Below, piece by piece: positions 40,701 to 42,615 of a stretch of 42,615 nucleotides of DNA. The stretch covers positions 133,438 to 176,052 of the forward strand of contig NW_003526948.1 of the NCBI RefSeq assembly GCF_000181795.1, given 5' to 3'. The notes beneath the pieces were generated by a model. It was not told where the DNA came from, ran no database searches, and saw nothing but the letters and a program-made list of their open reading frames with translations. The number at the start of each line of letters is the position of its first letter. The first letter of the stretch is position 1. The translations under genes and the position numbers were made by a program. This DNA comes from Trichinella spiralis. Its lineage: Eukaryota.

Positions 40701-42615
40701 AACTAGCGAATAGCTGTGGAATAAATGGGCTCTAAACTTGTCTACTGCCTATCTGAATACATAGGGAATTTGCATATGGGTAACTCTCTTTCAACGGCAC
40801 CAATGACTGCTAATTTCTGCGCATGAGACACTTTCGATATCAAATCGATTAGAATTCTACTAATTTATTCTTTTTTATGATCAATTGAATTGAATTTATG
40901 AAATTACTCCTGTTAAATAATCATTAATTGCTGCAAAACAAAGCGTGAGCGTTGCAAGTGTTTACTTTGCTGAAAAGTAAACATTTCATGAAATACAGTC
41001 CGTGTTATCAGCTTTCTGATTAATTAAGATCCTCATGGATACCACATGGGTGGCTATTTGTATTTATTTTGGCTAAGTAACAACGATACAATGACGATTT
41101 GTATAATTAGCATAATATGTAGTCGACAAGAACTGAAATTCATTCCATATGCTATGTAATTAAATAAATAAACAATTCAAGCCAATCTATTGGGTTCATG
41201 CATGCTATTTGTTCGAACACTCAGAGGTATCCAGAAGTTTGTACGGAGAAATTTATTCCATGCTGCTCAAGAACTACGGAATAATCCGATATGAACTTAT
41301 AATTATTGCAAGGAATTTTCTGCCAATTATAGATATGTAGGTATTCAAACACCCGAAATCGATAACATTTTGAGAAATTCGATAAAGTTGCCGATTTGAG
41401 CATTTAAAATTTGTAGAAAAAAACAGGAATATTATACGAAAATAACATGTAGACATAATAATTTTCAATAATTTGAATCTCAGAATTGTCATAAGACAAA
41501 AATACGTAGCGAACAAAGGTTTTCAATTTTGAAAATCAGTGTTGCATAAATGAAAATCAGGAACAATTGTTGGCAAAATAAACTCCAATTTTCGGTTGAA
41601 AATATTCATATACGCGGAAAAATTAATAAAAGCATTCCAAACTAACACTGATTCAACGTTCCGTTTTATTCTTTTTTATATCGAATCCAATAAAATTCCA
41701 TTTCAGTTTCACTTTTCTTGATATATCTCTACAAATACCCAATCAGCAGCCGTGGGTATAATTTCATAATAATTGGCGAACAATCATCTACCGGTATAAA
41801 TCAATTGTCTTTCCTTTTGGAGAAAAAAATTTTTGGGTTTGTAGTGATTAATTCATTTTTTCTGATCAATTGAAATCATTTTCGCAACAATTTAAAATTT
41901 TTGACTTTTCAAAAAAGCAAGGCTATAGCCTTTGCTGTTTTTGCGATTTTCGAAAGTAGGCTTTTGTCACAAATTTCGCTTTTTTTGTTATATATTGCTA
42001 AATTGTAAAAAATTAATAGTTTCTGGAAAGTTCCACGGCAAACAAACGCGTACGTGTAGAATAAATGGCCTCTGAAGTTGCCATGTGCCTATCTTAATAC
42101 ACAGGGAAGCGGCCCATTTGAAAATCCGTTGAAACGGATCGACCGTGGTTGAATTTTAGTATAGGAAAGTTTATCAACATTATAATGAGGTATTCGTTGA
42201 AATTGCCAAGTTTTGTGCAATATTTCGTTGTTTTGGGCAAGTCGATTTTCCTTCATTTTCGGTCCATTTCGAATAAATTGAAAAAAGTTGTTTCAATACG
42301 GGCTAAGATGTGCATAAAAACTTCCATTTGTTAATTTTATACTGAATTATCTCATTTAATCGACCAATAGAAAAGAGCTTTTCAAGCTGTGACTGCCAAT
42401 ATTTATTAACACCTGCGTGTCATATCGTATGCCGACTGTCCGTTTGATATTTTCGAAAAACAATCATATTATTGAATTCTATGCTGTTCATGATCCAAAT
42501 TATTCATTGGGCATCTTTCTGATACCAAGCATGTCGCAGTTGATTGTATTTTTCGCCCAGTAGATCATAATGGAATTTCCGCTTATGCAATGGAGCTTTA
42601 ATAATGGGGTGTTTT

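Noticed and set aside
41000..42615. Possible non-autonomous DNA transposon (short palindromes such as AGCAAGGCTATAGCCTTTGCT, GAAAAGAGCTTTTC)
   Set aside because: No terminal inverted repeats, target-site duplication or transposase fragment could be located within the window. It needs a repeat-library search.

Overview
AT-rich, intron-containing eukaryotic DNA from a nematode. Short 50-70 nt GT-AG introns, abundant microsatellites and a vertebrate-like CBF-beta suggest a clade I worm such as Trichinella (inference, not verified). Seven spliced protein-coding genes can be assembled by hand: three cuticle collagens (477-1862 -, 5018-6531 +, 6795-8586 -), a GALK2-type galactokinase/GalNAc kinase (10397-12876 +), Gemin2 (16203-16993 +), an SLC10 sodium/bile-acid symporter family gene (22981-24931 +) and core-binding factor beta (from 28626 +, last exon uncertain, possibly 36621-36737). 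The most striking unexplained feature is a ~420-nt GC-enriched element at 14433-14854. It has a TATA-like element, tRNA-type A and B boxes, no internal T4, a series of base-paired helices and a terminal hairpin followed by T5. It is a candidate RNA polymerase III non-coding RNA (or tRNA-derived SINE) that I cannot assign to a known family. Most of 30-42.6 kb is intronic/intergenic, with a possible decayed coding remnant near 39.7-40.85 kb. All exon boundaries and RNA helices were read by eye; nothing was computed or searched.
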